This document shows positions 22,586 through 35,903 of a stretch of 64,000 nucleotides of DNA, piece by piece; position 1 is the stretch's first letter, and every line of letters starts with the position of its first letter. The stretch comes from Octopus sinensis. Taxonomy: Eukaryota. The notes beneath the pieces are model-generated. The model saw only the letters and a list, made by a program, of their open reading frames with translations. It did not search any database and was not told the DNA's origin. The translations under genes and the position numbers were made by a program. The DNA is taken from NCBI RefSeq assembly GCF_006345805.1, contig NC_043015.1:27962001-28026000 (forward strand), in the 5' to 3' direction.

Positions 22586-25030
22586 AAAAGCTGTATGCCA
22601 CTGTACAAAACTAGTGATGAGAACATATACACACATATACAACTGAAAGCGAAACGAGAAGTTGATATGTACTTTTACATATGGTTTTTAGCAACAAACA
22701 AATGAAACCATTTCAGCTGGGGTTTGAAATGGTTTGTGGAATTTGTTGTATAGATAGCCTATTGCTTCGGCGCAAACATTATTATGATTGTACTGATATT
22801 AACAGCTTATATATTAATAGCTATCTCTCATCCCCTATTGCAACTTACACAGCAGGACATTTCCATCATCAACTATTGATTGGAAATCATGGTAATTTCA
22901 GCACCTTCTGACATTATCGTTTCCTCTGGTGGTACTCAGTTATATCAATGCTACTTTGGAATGTCTGGGTTTTAAGATACAAACACCAAATACCAAGCGA
23001 AAATAGAAATATGCAATTCTAAATTTCGGGGATGTATTAGCATTAACATTATGACAAATGTCTGGTCTATTTACATCTTTCTCTGTGTATTTTTCGACTG
23101 CATTTTGATTGATGGGATAGTGAGTCTTTTTAAATCCTTCAGCTCAAAATACCATCATACGATGTTATACAATCGATGTAACTCTATATAACTCGTTACC
23201 AGCAGGAACTGCAAATTAACAAATAACTCAAGAAAACAAGAGATCAAACTAGTGGGAGGAGACAGTCGCATCATCAGTGGTTGCATCATTATTATCACCA
23301 CTGTCATCATTTTAATGCTGACTTTTCCATACTTGCTTAGGCTCATTGAAACAGAATCTTCTTGGGCTGGATTTCCTTCCTGATGTCAACCCTCAAAGCC
23401 AAATAATTATTCCCCCAGTGTTTTGAACAATGAACAACTTAAATATGCCTTCATGGAGGATTGCAAACAAATAACGTTGTTTGTCTAAACAGTGGTACTA
23501 TTGTTTACAATCAGCACATGTCACACTACATGAGGAATGCAGACTCAATTACACCCACCCATGAGATGACAAAGGACTGAGATATCTAGTGCCCTTACTA
23601 CACTCAAGAAGACCAGTCTGTCACAGCAGAACTGATACTGAACGCTGGTGCCACATAAAAAGCATTCATGCTGGTGCCATGTTAAAAACATGTTCGTGCC
23701 ACGTTAAAAACGTGTTTGTGCCACATAAAAAGCACTCATGTTGGTGCCATGTTAAAAATGTGTTGGTGCCACATAAAAAGCACCCAGTACACTCTGCGGA
23801 GTGGTTAGCATTAGGAAAGGCATCCAGCTGTAGAAATGATGCCAGAACAGACAACGGAGCCTGGTATGACCCTTCAGCTCCAGTTAAACCATTCAACCCA
23901 TGCCAGCATGGAAAACAGACATGATGATGACGGGCTTCCTCCAGTTTCTATATAAGAAATTTCACAAGGCATTGGTTAATTCTCACTAATAGTTGAAGAT
24001 ACCAGCTGACAGTGTACATGCAGTGAAACTGAAACCCTAACCTTGAGGTTCTGAAGTAAAATTTTTTAACCACACAGCCATCTCTGCACCAATGTATAAC
24101 AGAACTCATGAGCAAGAAAAACTTTTCCCCTTTTATCTGCCTACTTACTGTGTGCAGACATGCATACACACGCACATGCATGCACACACACACACACACA
24201 CCATACAAACAACTTCATTGATAATTTCAAGACACCCATAAAAATTTACATATTAACGATGTAGAAAACAGTAACACAAAAGGCAAGGTTAATTAATAGA
24301 CCAAAAATCTGAAATTAATCTCTAATATTTTATTGGAACATTTTAATGGCAAATTTCAAAAAAAAAACAAAAAAACTTTCTCTTTTTGTTTTTCTTTCTT
24401 TTTACCCTTATATTTCTTTCTTTCTTTCTTTCTCCTACACACATTCATTTATCAGAAAGTGGTTTACAATGTTCAGAAACAGACTAATGAAATGAATCAT
24501 CTATTTTTTATAACCGAAAGAGATCTAAAATTTAAAACCATTTACATATAAACATTTTTAAAAGGTTGATGTCATATATTTTGTAGAAACTAAATTGCTG
24601 ATAAATAGACTTCATTAAAAGAGGTATTTTATTATCATATCAACAAAAATTAAAACCAGTAACTCAAAATTCATTAAATTGTTGCCACACCACTAAAAAA
24701 ATCTTGAAGGAATACACCAGAAAATATTTCCAAAACTATCTCTAACGTCTACCAGAAGTTCTGAAATCTGCCATAATGAGTTAAGTGCCCGAGACAAATT
24801 GTGAAAGCACATGGCCTAGTGGTTAGGTTGTTGCACTCGTGATTGTAAGATCATGGTTTCAATTCTCAGACTGAGCAACGCTTTGTGTTCTTGAACAAAA
24901 CACTTCATTTCATGTTGCTCAAAGCCCAATCAGCAGTAAATAAATTCCAGCAATAGATGGGAAATTAAAACTGTAATGGGCCAGCAATCTAGTTTACGAG
25001 TGAGTGTTGTAATCCCAGTCACCTATACAT

Positions 25031-25363
25031 GTGGTGGGGACGCTGGCAACGGGTAGTGTCAGAGCTATGCCGTCGGGAACTTCGGTTCCTGGTAGGGCCA
25101 CAACCTGGCAGACGGGGATCTGGTGAAAATCCTTGGAGTGTCTGTTTTGGCAACCGGCAGCTCCTCAGTCGTTCTGTCCCTGCGTCTGTGGACAATCTGT
25201 GGCAAACAGGATGTCTCTACATGTGGGATTGTTGGGGACTGCTTGTGAAATTCATATTCCCATGAAACTTCTTCCACTACCATGGTTCGAGATGCCTCGA
25301 GGGTGGTGGAAGAAGCCGACTCAACTCGCCCAGGGTGAATGTCCACACAAGTACAAGTAAGTA
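25031..25363 (+). mobile_element. GC-rich non-autonomous retroelement with an RTE-like 5' leader and (CAAGTA)n tail, nested in a decayed family-D SINE (24802-25420)
   Basis: Ends CAAGTACAAGTAAGTA, possible TACAT TSD. The leader GAGCTATGCCGTCGGGAAC..CCTGGTAGGGCCAC resembles RTE/Expander 5' regions as I recall them. Confidence 0.55.
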
Positions 25364-25905
25364 CATAGAAACTAGGCTAAGCTTCAACCTTATGAGTCCT
25401 GCGGCTCATGACAGACCTAAGCCTGATACAAGATACAGAAAGAGCTTGGAAGTGGTGACGGAGTACAAACTGTTGACCTCACTACGGTTGGTAGGTCGGG
25501 ACTGATGCCACCTCAGATCAGAGACCTGCAACTTTCTATCTAATGTTATTACATATGGGCAGCATAACTCTAAGAACCACAAAGAAATTGCCATCAGAAT
25601 TAGTGGAATATTGGACAAAATAACTGATGTCATTTGGCTAAACCCTTTGATCTTCTGAGTACAAATCTTGCTTAAACTCACTTTACCGTTTTCTTTCCTG
25701 AGATTGATAAAATGACTACCAGGCAAAGTACTGCAAAGAGGTGTCAATACAATCAACTAAGCCATTGGAGGCTGTGCTGCTGCATGACCAATTACAGAAA
25801 CCAACAAGTTTACCAACAAAATATAAAAGACTTTTCAATGTGTATGATGATATAGTGAAGATGATTACACTGGAATTACTGATGATGTTTAATAATGTTG
25901 ATATT

Positions 25906-26118
25906 ACTCTTTTTACTCTTTTACTTGTTTCAGTCATTTGACTGCGGCCATGCTGGAGCACTGCCTTTAATCGAGCAACTCGACCCCGGCACTTATTCTT
26001 TGTAAGCCCAGTACTTATTCTATCGGTCTCTTTTGCCGAACCGCTAAGTGACGGGGACGTAAACACACCAGCATTGGTTGTCAAGCAATGCTAGAGGGAC
26101 AAACACAGACACACACAC

Positions 26119-26167
<49 letters not shown>

Positions 26168-26333
26168 TACAACGGGTTTCTTTCAGTTCCCGTCTACCAA
26201 ATCCACTCACAAGGCTTTGGTCGGCCCGAGGCTATAGTAGAAGACACTTGCCCAAGGTGCCACGCAGTGGGACTGAACCCGGAACCATGTGGTTGGTAAA
26301 CAAGCTACTTACCACACAGCCACTCCTGCGCCT
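25906..26333 (-). mobile_element. SINE family A
   Basis: Full-length match to the family consensus. Confidence 0.92.
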
Positions 26334-27890
26334 ATGTATTCTTTATCTTCAAACACCAAATGGAAAGTGAGTATTCACAACAGGGCCATTGAGTCACAAT
26401 TTGTTTACGAACAATTTAATCATGGGGAAAAAAGGAGCAAAAATAAATATTTACAAATAATACATGCTTTAACGTTAGAAGATAGCAATCATGACCATTT
26501 AATTCTATACATTTAACAAATTTTATACATTTTAATGATGTATGAGATGAATTAGTAAAGTTGTTAGAGCATCAATGAACATGCCTTGCAGTATTTGTCC
26601 TGAGTTCTGAGTTCAAACCCTGCTGAGGTTAACATTGACTTTTATCCTTTCGGGGTTGATAAATTATTAGTCAAGTACTTGTCTGTCTCCACCCCCCCCC
26701 CTTTCTCTCTCTCTCTCTCACCTTTCTTTTTGAACAATACATTATTTCAAAGGTTCAGCCATATCACATTATGTAACTTAATTTGGCCTGAAAATTGTGT
26801 TCAGGGTAGGAAAGGCTCTGGAATACTCAACCTTTATACATTAATTTCACATGTAACATAGTTGATCAAACATCTGAATGCTTATTACAGAGACCGTCAG
26901 AGGCTGCACCACCGTGTGTGTGTGTATAAATTCTAACTAAAATTGGCAACGTAGGAAAACACTCTCGATTACTAAATTAAATAAATAACCATTACTGAAA
27001 ATTGTTTTTTTTTTTTTAATTTCTTTTTCTTGTTTTTACCGTAGTTAATGATCTATCAAGCAATTAAAGTTATCTTTCATATCAATAATCAATCACACAC
27101 CAAATGTAAAAATCAAAGCAAACGTTATTCAAAATTATTCCTCCTTCCTCTCGTGTGTATAGACCCTCTCTCTCTCTCTCTCCCTCTCTCTTTCTCTGCA
27201 CACAATGTCTGATCAAAGGGAATAGTTGTAAAAATTCCATTAAGAAAAAGTTGTTAGGGTTTCATAAGAATGAATAAGCTGTGAATTGAGAGAGAGAGAG
27301 GGAGAGAGAGAGAAACAAAGTAAATCTAGAATATAGTCATTAAAAATGCATGATTTCTAATTTGTCTCTTTCATGTACAACCATTTTTCTTACAAGAGGT
27401 CAAAAGCATGAGAATCAATTTCCATAATTGAAGCAAGTTTCACTTTATCTTCTCTCCACTGAAATGAAATGAATTTTTTTGAACTTGCAGAAAGATTAAA
27501 CCCCATTTCATTATAGGTGTTAAATGTGTGTTTGTTATAAATATTAAGCTAATAGTTGGAAAAAAAAAAAAAAAATCAAGGTGGAGAATTGGCAGAATTG
27601 TTAAAGTATTGAATAAATACAATGCCTTGTATTTATTCTGAGTCTCTGCATTCTCAGTTCAAATTGCATTCAGATCAGTTTTGCCTTTTATCTTTTCAGA
27701 AGTCAATAATAAAAAAAAATGACCTTTGCAGACCCGGGGAGATGAAGTGGTAGAACTGCAAAAAGAGCTGGGTGAGATGCCTTGGAGTATCTTGGAGTAT
27801 GTGTCTTGGCTCATTGTGTTCTCATTACAATGCCTGCAATAGGATTCATGCCAAGCTGTATCGGCCCAAATTGGTGGCCTTTCCCTTGGA

Positions 27891-28118
27891 TTAACCCCTT
27901 AGTTACCAACCCGGCTGAAACCGGCTCTGGTTCTGAATACAAATGTCTTGTTTTCATAAGTTTTGAATGAAAATCTTCCACCAAACCTTAGTCACAATTT
28001 ATGCTCCTAACACTAGCTGAATGATAACTAAGTTATTTTACTAAAATATTTCTTATATTTAAAGTAATAGAAAGAAACACAGAGCATCTCAAAATAAATA
28101 CAGTAACGAGAGGGTTAA
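27891..28118. mobile_element. piggyBac-type MITE, family E
   Basis: TTAA on both sides, CCC and GGG termini, conserved body. Confidence 0.88.
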
Positions 28119-28284
28119 TAAGAGTGGTGTGGACTGGACCAGAGAGACTTGTATACCTGGGCTACGGCTCATCTTGCTCAAAAATTCTTGTCCAAGTTGT
28201 ACACACATATGTATATGCATGGCCAGTATTGTCTAACAGAGGCCTTACATTTCAAAAATCCAAATACAAATAAATAGATATATC

Positions 28285-28340
28285 ATCATCATTATCATGA
28301 TCATTTAATGTCCGTTTTCCATGCTAGCATGGGTTGGACT
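28285..28340 (-). mobile_element. 56-bp extreme 5' truncation of the RTE LINE with a 17-bp TSD
   Basis: TSD AAATAAATAGATATATC at 28268-28284 and 28341-28357 flanks only the terminal LINE sequence and tail. Confidence 0.85.
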
Positions 28341-29124
28341 AAATAAATAGATATATCTTATCTTCAATTTTTCATTTTTCCTTTTGCTGCTGTTCTTGTA
28401 TGCATTACCTTACCCCATTCAATACAGGTCAAATATCAGAATGTTGGTTTTAAGTTCTTGGTTGCAGTTATTCCACTTCCATTGAGAAGAAAGACTTTGT
28501 ATATAACAAATCCTAATTCTACCAGTCTCCGACATGAATTGTGCTGAAAATTTAGTGATGGATATCGCTGATTATGAAGGGTCATTCAATTGGCTATTTA
28601 TCTCCCTAACATGTGGTTATACGTAAAAATGTAGCCACGGGGCTGTTGCCTTCACCAATAATCAACATTCTTTATCTTGTTCTGTGTTTTGGCCTTGCAC
28701 TGCTGTTAGTGGAAGAAACTCCTCAGTCCAACATACAAAGTTGAACTATACAGTATAAGTCTGCATCAATCACTAAATCAGTGAATACAATTTTCAGAAT
28801 TGCAGAGAAGAAAAAAAAAGAAAAAAAAACGTACAAACAATGCAAATATAGAAACATAGTTTTCCTTTTTACTACTTGAATCATTGAAGATTTTGACTCA
28901 ACAATACTAAATAAGACTAATATACCAACAAGACCAATATACTAAATGATGTATAATATGAATACACCTACACAATTTAAAAACTGGTTTTATATTTATT
29001 TTGTTCCTGCTTTCTTAGGTAGAGTATATTCCATAGACTCTGACACTAGCAGACATTATTGAAGAAAGTATTTTTCTACAGTTGAGCACAAAACTGAATT
29101 ACACCAATAAGGGAGCATTGAGAC

Positions 29125-29373
29125 CAGTGGTTTTCATATGGCCCTTGGGGGTTCATATAAGATTTTGTTTTTAAAATTTATTCGCAATAAATTGGTTGCA
29201 CTTCTATAATACTCAAAATATTTTAACAATTTTTTTTTTAATGCAATTCCTAATAATATTTAATTATAAAAATATGATGTCATTTTATTTAAACTTCAAA
29301 TGGCTGTAGGGGTCCATCTGAGTAAAATAGGAATCAAAGAGGTCCACAGGCAAAAGCTGGTTGAGAAACACTG
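29125..29373. mobile_element. hAT/Charlie-type MITE
   Basis: TIRs CAGTGGTTTTCA and TGAGAAACACTG (MER5-like termini). A homologous copy lies at 45126-45696. Confidence 0.7.
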
Positions 29374-29999
29374 AGCTAGATGGTCACATGACCTGCAAGA
29401 AATACTAATCAAATCACCCCCAAACCTCACCTTGCTGTATTAAAAATGACATATTGACTAATTGTAATCCGAGGCACATTTATCATCATAGATTCCAATT
29501 TCCCATACTAGAGTTTATTGAAGCAGATTTTCAGTGACTGGATGCCCCTCCTATTGCCAACTTTCACCTGCTTCCAAGCAAAGTAATATTGTTCAATGGC
29601 CAGATTTGTTTTCATAGAATATTGGAAATGGATAACAGTGCTTGTATGACAATGACACACTCATTTACCACTAACATGTGATGCCAAGACAAGGAGATAC
29701 AAATACAAACACTGAGACACACACACACACACACACATGACGGGCTTGCTTCAGTTTCCATCTGCCAAATCCACTCACAAGTCTTTGGTTGGTCTGTGGC
29801 TATAATAGAAGGTACTTCACAGTGGGACTGAATCTATATGGTTGGGAAGCAAGCTTCTTAACCCCACAGCGATACCAGCACCAACTATATAACTGAAAAA
29901 AAAAAAAAAGTGGGGGGGATTGTCATGGCTAGAATGCTAAACAAAACAGCTGTGAAACAAAAGTGAGCCTGTTTGTCAACCAAGCATAGAATTGGAGAA

Positions 30000-30183
30000 T
30001 TAACTCTTTAGCATTCACATTATTCGGTCAAATGTAATGCTTATTTTATTTAAATTGCTTGGAATTAACCATGCCTTGTCTTGTACCTTCAAGACTGATT
30101 ACGCAATTGTTACTTTTAGAATGACATTGCAGGGTACGTCTGAGAGGCAAGATCTGCTCAGTTTGAACATACTATAGGGTTAA
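30000..30183. mobile_element. piggyBac-type MITE, family F
   Basis: TTAA-CTCTTTAGCATT...ACTATAGGG-TTAA. Confidence 0.7.
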
Positions 30184-30688
30184 AAAGAAATTATGCTTAA
30201 AATATACAGTGATTGTAACAGGTTCTAAATCAATGATCTTATGAAGAACGACCTCAGCAACTTCACATTAAAATATTTCTAAATATTACACTCTAAATTC
30301 AAATATTTTGAGGGAGCATTTAATGTTTCAAAAATAAAAGTTGAATATTCGACAAACATCACTGTATTTAATTAGTAAATTATGCCAAAATTCTTCCAAT
30401 GCAACTAACTGGATGTCTTCAGTAATGTTAATTACAGCTCTTGGCTGGTTTTTATTGAGTGGTTGAGACAAGTGGTGCTTGATTTTATTTTTAATACTAT
30501 GTAAACAAAAAAAATCTACTGAAGTCACTTCTGGGTAAATGTAGTAAACTAGTTGAATAACATTTGAAACACTACGACTATTACTACAACTACCACCATA
30601 ACTACAACTACTACTACTACCAGCACCACTACATAATTTTAGTACCAAAGAAGAAACATCTTAGTGAGTTGAATCTATGACCTGTATA

Positions 30689-31031
30689 CATCATTATCAT
30701 TGTTTAACGTCCATTTTCCATGCTAGCATGGGTTGGACGGTTCAACCAGGGTCTGGGAAGCCAGAAGGCTGCACCAGGCTCCAGTCTGATCAGGTAGTAT
30801 TTCTACAGCTGGATGCCCTTCCTAATGCCAACCACCCCATGAGTGTAGTGGGTGCTTTTTATGTGCCAGGCGAGGCTGGCAACGGCCACGATCGGTTGGT
30901 GCTTTTTACGTGCCACCGACACGGAAATCAGTCAAGGCAGCACTGGCATCGGCCACGCTCGGATGGTGCTTTTTATGTGCCACCGGCACAGGGATCACGA
31001 CGACAATTTCCATTGATTTTTGATGTTGATG
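30689..31031 (-). mobile_element. RTE 3' UTR fragment (family B)
   Basis: Matches 5315-5700. Confidence 0.9.
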
Positions 31032-31520
31032 TAAGTTTAAAATCATTTTGATGCACTTACACAACAACAAATGACAGTGGGAATGGCATGAATGCCATCG
31101 CATGAATATCATCATAGATTTGAATTTTCTTCCACACAAATGCGAAACTTTGTGCCAATAAATGAAACAAACTACGTATATTAAAAAAAAAAATCACAAA
31201 AACAACATGACACAAAGAATTGATTAACTGAATCAACCAAATTGTTTTTGAGAAGTTCCAGTTCAATAAATCTGTGATTCCAGTGGGACGAACAGAACAG
31301 ATTAATACCATACAAGTAATTTATACGAGGAAAAGAAGTGGGGAGGCAGTGATCAAGAACAAATACAGGCATGGCTGTGTGGTTAAGAAGCTCACTTTGT
31401 AGCTACATGGTTTTGGGTTCAATCCCACTGTACTGCACATTAGGCAAGTGTTTTCTACTATAGCTCCTGGATGACCAAAGCTGTGTGAGTTATTTGGTAG
31501 ATGGAAACTCTGAAGAATCC

Positions 31521-31812
31521 TATCATGTATATATGTGTGTATATATCATGTATATGTGTGTGTATATATCATGTATATGTGTGTATATATCATGTATATG
31601 TATGTGTATATATCATGTATATATGTGTGTATATATCATGTATATGTGTGTGTATATATCATGTATATGTGTGTGTATATATCATGTATATGTGTGTGTA
31701 TATATCATGTATATGTGTGTATATATCATGTATATGTGTGTGTATATATCATGTATATGTGTGTGTATATATCATGTATATATGTGTGTATATATCATGT
31801 ATATGTGTGTGT
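31521..31812. repeat. 20-24 bp minisatellite expanded inside a decayed SINE A (31364-31985)
   Basis: Unit TATATCATGTATATGTGTG(TG)TA repeated about 13 times at the position of the SINE microsatellite. Confidence 0.9.
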
Positions 31813-33050
31813 GTGTTCATATGTGTTTGTCCCCACACATTCATTGATGACCAGTGATGGTTTGCTTACATCCTCATGACATAGAGGTTTAGCAAAAGAG
31901 ACCAATAGAATAATTGCCAGACTTTAAAAAAATAAGTACTGGGATCAGAATGGCTGCAACCCAGAGCAGGAATCAAGTAAAAGATGACGAAAACGTTATG
32001 GTTATAAAAATTTATTTTTAATGCTGTTCAGCTCAATTTGCTCCCCAAAATTTACTCAAATTTATAAAGTTGGAATGAAAGAGAATGAGCAGAAAAAACT
32101 TATAATTGAAAATGTTAATTTGTTTTTTCGCCAAGTCAGATTTTGATGGAAACAAATGTAGGGTGAAGATATCTCTCAGGCTGAAAGATCAAGTTGTCGA
32201 TTCTTTTAGAAATCGTGACCATAGCAGACCCTTCAAGACTGGTATCTCCTAGTTCAGAAAGCGAACCATTTATAGAATTGGTGATCATAAATGTCATTCA
32301 ACCATTGAGTTTCAATCTAATTAAGCTCAAGCTAAAGATGATTAATGGCAGTGCTGTCATTATCATCATCATCATCATCATCATCACGAAGTGTCCCTGT
32401 CATATGGACAAGATCATACCGTCTAGCAAGCCCTTATTTTCTTAAGATGGTAAGGTGATGATGAATGACTAGTGACAGCATTGTCATCATCACCATCATC
32501 ATCAAAAGCATTCTTGTCGCATATACACGATCATATTGCCCAACAAATGCTTCTTTTCTTAAGATGGTAAGGTGTGATAGAAGTGAGATTTGGTTATTAT
32601 TTTTATCAAGATGTGCAACCATATTGGGGGGGTCCCTTGTTAGTGAAAAATACAATGTAATGCTTAGCTTTGTCCTTATATAACCTGAACTGAAATCAAG
32701 TCAAGTTTAATCAGAAATAAACTGGATCACTTCACTTTCTCTGCAATAACTTGGTTTTATATGTAAGTATATGATTATTGATGTTAAAAATAATAATTAC
32801 TATTGTGGTCAACTTTGCTTTACTACTGCAGCCAACTCTGCCTTTCATCCTTTTTTGGAATCGATAAAATAAAGTACCAGTTACATACTGGGGTCAATAT
32901 AATAAATTGACACCCTCTCATTAAAATTTCTGGCCATGTGTCAAATTTTGAAGCCAATCATAAGCACAACAAGCAAGATGCTTAACAGAATTTTGTCCAT
33001 CTCTACATTATGAGTTCAAACTCCACCAAGGTCGACTTAGCCTTTCATCC

Positions 33051-33279
33051 TTAACCCTTTCGTTACCAATCCGGCTGAAACCGGCTCTGGCTCTGTAGTA
33101 CAAATGTCTTGTTTTCATAAGTTTTGAATTAAAATCTTCCACCAAACCTTAGTCACAATTTATGTTCCTAACACTAGCTGAATGATAACAAAGTTATTTT
33201 ACTAAATTCTTTGTTATATTTAAAGTAATTGAAAGAAACTCAGAGCATCTCAAAATAAATACGGTAACAAAAAGGTTAA
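33051..33279. mobile_element. piggyBac-type MITE, family E
   Basis: TTAA-CCCTTTCGTTACC...GGTAACAAAAAGG-TTAA. Confidence 0.9.
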
Positions 33280-33417
33280 AATAACAAATGAAATAAGTAA
33301 CGGTCATATATGAATCAACCCCAGTATTTACTTTTTCTAAGCCTGGTGCTTATTCTATTGGTAAACTGCTAAGTTATGGGGAGACAGATAGATAAATTAG
33401 AGTAGACGGATAGACAG

Positions 33418-33602
33418 TAGGTGATGGAGTGGCTGTGTGGTAAGTAGCTTGTTTACCAACCACATGGTTCCGGGTTCAGTCCCACTGCGTGGCACCTTGG
33501 GCAAGTGTCTTCTACTATAGCCTCGGGCCGACCAAAGTCTTGCGAGTGGATTTGGTAGACGGAAACTGAAAGAAGCCCGTCGTATATATGTATGTATGTA
33601 TG

Positions 33603-33659
<57 letters not shown>

Positions 33660-33870
33660 GTGTGTGTTTGTCTGTCTGTGTTTGTCCCCCTAGCATTGCT
33701 TGACAACCTATGCTGGTGTGTTTATGTCCCCGTCACTTAGCGGTTCGGCAAAAGAGACCGATAGAACAAGTACTGGGCTTACAAAAAGAATAAGTCCTGG
33801 GGTCGAGTTGCTCAATTAAAGGCGGTGCTCCAGCATGGCCGCAGTCAAATGACTGAAACAAGTAAAAGAG
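33418..33870 (+). mobile_element. SINE family A
   Basis: Full-length, with a long (TA)n core. Confidence 0.92.
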
Positions 33871-34815
33871 ACAGGTAGAATGTGCATGTGCACCTATGTG
33901 CATGTGCACTCTCCAAAACTTGCTCAGCTATGGATGGAGATGTTGCTGTTATTTCCCTCATTGATAGGCCATCACTTGGCTTTGCACCTTCAAAGATGTG
34001 TAGAATAAGATATCCCTTACTTGTAAAACAGGTAATAGCTAGTGAAGACAGGCATCAGGCTGTAAAACAATGCCACAATAAATATATACTCATCTAACCC
34101 ATGCCAGCATGGAAAAATGGACACAAAAACGAATGAACAAATGATTTCTCCCTTAGACAGTTGTTGCTATGTGCCAATGCTAGAAATCATTACTATTGTA
34201 ATGAAAAATAATTAAAAAAGTTATAGAAAATTTTATATTAAATAAAAGAACAAAATGAAGATTTCTTATTTATTTTTTGCGTTTAGGATGAGAATTATGA
34301 CACAGAAGCCAGCAGTGGAGCTATTTTGATTAGAATGCAAAGATCTGGCAGGCTAATCTGAGAGAATAATGAAAAAAAAAAAAAAATCCTGACTAATAAA
34401 ATATGATAAAACAAATTGTACTGCTTGCCAATAGTATGAAAAATATGTATTTCTGAACTGAGTATAGTTTTATAAATTTTGTTTGAGTGTATATACCTCA
34501 AGTAATATCATTATGAACACAGAAAGAACATACTTCATAATTTATACTTTCTGAGAGGAATGATAAAGAATATATATATATATATATATAAAAAAAAAAA
34601 AATTTTGACAAAAAAGGAAAAAGACAAACTTGTGGTGTCTCAGATTAGCATCTGCATAAATATAAAAAAAAAATAAAAACAGCATCATGAAGCAGAAGCT
34701 AGCTAAAAAGCATACAACCATTATATATAAAAAAAAAAAAAAGTGGGGGGGGGTAGAGAAAATGGGAAGCCAATCGATTCCAATATTGACAGAAATAAAC
34801 TGAATAGAAGTCGGT

Positions 34816-34847
<32 letters not shown>

Positions 34848-35903
34848 TAGCCAGTAGACAGTTAAAGGAACATTTCCAATGTCTTGAACACAGGGGGAAA
34901 AACAAAACAAAAATTACCAAGCAAAATACTACTACTACGACTAATAATAATAATAATAATAATAATCGTCGTCATCAGAAAAAAGAAGAAAAATTAGGAA
35001 AAAGTCGGAAAGCATTATTCTTCCTGTTTTCTAATCAGAGAAAATATTGAGTTGTACTGCAATAAACAATGCAGTACCATTGATATGAAACGACAATAAA
35101 GCTTTCTGATAGCGATGAATCAATAGGATGAACTTGTGTAATGCAGTGACTTTTTGTGTTGGATACTACAACAATCGACAGAATCTTTACAATAAGAAGA
35201 AGCACGGTTGAGTAAGGGAGACAGACATCCCAGTTACCAAGCGCTGTCAATAACCAGTCAGTCTAACGATAATGAGACGCACTATTATTAAACGTAGCAA
35301 CAAAAGTGGAAAAAAGAAAGAAGGGAGCTAAATATATCTGCGCCAACATCATTCTTATGTATATATATATCTTACAAAGCGGGGGAAAGAATTTAAAAAA
35401 AAAAAAAAAAAAATCTTCCACCTGCACTGAAGAGTAAGCGAAGAAATGAATGACAAAAGTTTTGCTGTGGGAGAGAAACTATTAGATCACACACACACAA
35501 ATTACAGCTATTTACTAATTAATATAACTGGCTGAATCGTCAACATTAAATATCATAAGAGAGTGTAAACTGCTGTTCCTAACCAGTCCAACCAGCCTGC
35601 CTCTAAATTAATTGTGAACTAGATAACCATGTCTATGTTTACCTCCACAGATGCAAATTATTGATTATCAGTCTATTACGTCTTAGTTTAAGTATTTTCA
35701 GCTAGGAAAAATCTATGTCTAATCACTTAATTGAATACTTATAATAGTTAAACTAGTCATAAAAAAAGATAGTTCACACATACTACTACTTTTTTTTCTC
35801 CTCTTGTTATCCATTAGTCATCATTCCAACACTTAATTTTCAATTTCAGCTTAAGTTAGATGGGTCTGCAAAATAGCCTCCCATCCATCTTGCCATCCTT
35901 TTG

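Noticed and set aside
23153-23208. Minus-strand coding exon after TTTGCAG
   Set aside because: Stops in all three frames and a weak donor.
25029-25360. GC-rich ORFs as host exons
   Set aside because: They lie in an insert with a retroelement-type tail nested in a SINE, and show no recognisable protein motif.
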